In this document: in pieces, positions 62,245 to 64,000 of the stretch
How positions within the stretch are numbered: the first letter of the stretch is position 1
How the letters are laid out: each line of letters opens with the position of its first letter
Assembly: GCA_003693705.1 (NCBI GenBank)
Contig: RBZT01000706.1
Location: 29,569-93,568, forward strand
Reading direction: 5' to 3'
Length of the DNA stretch: 64,000 bases
DNA from: Polymyxa betae A26-41
Lineage: Eukaryota > Protista > Endomyxa: Phytomyxea
The notes under the pieces: model-generated
What the model saw: only the letters and a program-made list of their open reading frames with translations
The model's database searches: none
Told to the model about the DNA's origin: nothing
Made by a program: the position numbers and the translations under genes

Positions 62245-63250
62245 ATAAGGCACTTAAGCCTCCACGAAATAAAGTGAAATGAAAATGGTAACAGTAACCG
62301 CGATTCTCTCTCTTCACCTGTTTAATGATCCCAGAGAGTGAATAAAAGTAAGAGTAAAAGTCATCATTTCGGTACTGTCTTTACCAGGTAAATTTACTTT
62401 TTTCCTCAATTCAGAAGGTAAAGTAAGGTAAATTGAGGTAAATCTTAGTCATTTATTATCGCAATTTAAGCCGGTGATTATTGGGACGATTCCACCTTCC
62501 ATGACCGCTGTTTCAAATTTCTCTTCCAGGTTTTTCCTGTAATTTGGAACACATACTCTCCAAAGCCCGAGCAACTTTTGCTATCGAATGCAGCTATACT
62601 TTAAAATTTCCGTTTCGGACCCATGATCGCACGCACAACGACTCAGTGAACATCGTATTCGACAAAGAGAGGAGTTGGCTGGTAACCTCTCTCCCAGCTT
62701 CGGCATTAGCACGTCGGACGGAAGAAGACGACGCTGGGACTGACAGAATATCGACTCGCGAATCACCAAAACACCAACAAGCGACAACGTGGACAAATGG
62801 GGGACGTTACGCGCAATGTCCACTGTGAGACCACGAGGCCGCTCTCAGTGCACTTCATTTTTTTGGCGCCGCGCATAGAATTTGGGTATTCACCGCACTA
62901 AAAATAGGTTCCGAAACCGCTCTCCAAAAATCTATTCCGAGTGCAGATTCTCTCGTAATCTTGTCGCAATTCGGACGGATTCATACTGAATGAATTATAA
63001 ACCTCATTTTACAAGGATGGGCTTAGCCCGATCCCTGCCCAAAACCCGAAAATCCGAACCATTTTATAAGCCAATCGCTCCAAACCCCAGTCGATTTGGT
63101 TTGTTTGAACAGCGCCAGCTATGGGATTCCGCTGTTTAATGTACGCTATAGCACGGCTTCATTCCAAATCACAGGCTTGGACTATTCAACTTATATCGAT
63201 ACCAATTTTAGATCGATGAATCCCAAATCTACCCTCAATTTTGATGCGCT

Positions 63251-63737
63251 GCGCTCCAAGTTACAAGAGCAACGGTACTTTCCTCGTGAGACCACCTGTA
63301 GAATTCCTGAAGTTTGTACTCTTTCACTCCATACGTATCTTTCTTTATTTTTACTACAGTGCGGGCAGTCTTAAACCGACAACTTGTCTCAATTTTATTT
63401 TGAAAAAGAGGCTGCGCCAGAGGCCGCGCCGCTATCAATCACTCCGTATTANNGAGCGGTACTTCTTTACGGCATAGCGCTCCAAGTTACAAGAGCAACG
63501 GTACTTTCCTCGTGAGACCACCTGTAGAATTCCTGAAGTTTGTACTCTTTCACTCCATACGTATCTTTCTTTATTTTTACTACAGTGCGGGCAGTCTTAA
63601 ACCGACAACTTGTCTCAATTTTATTTTGAAAAAGAGGCTGCGCCAGAGGCCGCGCCGCTATCAATCACTCCGTATTATAGTTCATCCAGTATTTTTTCAG
63701 GGATTCTGCGGTGTGAGCGGTACTTCTTTACGGCATA
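63251..63737. repeat. Near-identical ~230-260 bp tandem duplication with NN in copy 1 (possible assembly artefact)
   Basis: 63251-63476 vs 63477-63737 are identical except that NN (63452-63453) replaces ~35 bp. Confidence 0.85.
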
Positions 63738-64000
63738 TTCAACCTGCGCCGGTGTCAGTCGAACATCTCCCTCTTTCAACGATAGGCGTCAATGTAGCGC
63801 TCTGATTTGCGAGCAAACCGGCGGATGCTGGATATGGACACTGTATTTAAAGCCAATGGCACCATTGTCTGCAGTGTCTTCCACGAGTAATCGCAATGCT
63901 TACGAGTGTACGCCTTGCATGCTCCCCAAAACATTTCAATGAAATTAAACTCCGGATGGAATTTAGGATAAAAAATAATGCAATGTCCGGTGGCCTCAAC

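Noticed and set aside
63251-63737. Tandem duplication as a biological repeat or mobile element
   Set aside because: The copies are identical and copy 1 contains NN replacing ~35 bp; most consistent with a scaffolding artefact. No transposase or TIR recognised.

Overview
Gene-dense eukaryotic DNA, not prokaryotic. There are about 35 protein-coding genes, many split by very short (mostly 45-55 nt) GT-AG introns; these introns explain the apparent frameshifts in the ORF track. Moderate GC, tiny introns, short intergenics and the gene content fit a compact protist genome. A plasmodiophorid/phytomyxid plant parasite such as Spongospora is my best guess, but this is inference and unverified. Housekeeping genes: PKA catalytic subunit, HemC, WAPL-like, TDO, SMS/IPC synthase, ABCA, RpiA, SNAP-25-like, FANCL, ZC3HC1, FAHD1, CAS1, TVP38/DedA, ARMC8-like, NUF2, TMF1, VPS9, bZIP, ADAT2, GCN5. 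The most unusual content is: (1) two paralogous secreted Pro/Thr/Gly-rich proteins that share short motifs, an intron position and a multi-part upstream motif, part of which also precedes a third secreted repeat protein; (2) an 8-exon secreted His/Asp-rich protein built from symmetric phase-1 mini-exons; (3) an ABCA transporter with an extra Cys-rich N-terminal domain and almost no first ectodomain; (4) a diverged Tag-family 3-methyladenine glycosylase-like gene in a gene-poor stretch; (5) a candidate ~280-nt structured ncRNA ending in a T7 run; (6) a pair of intronless 8-TM paralogs; (7) an 8-nt microexon. All exon models were derived by hand from GT/AG sites and frame continuity.
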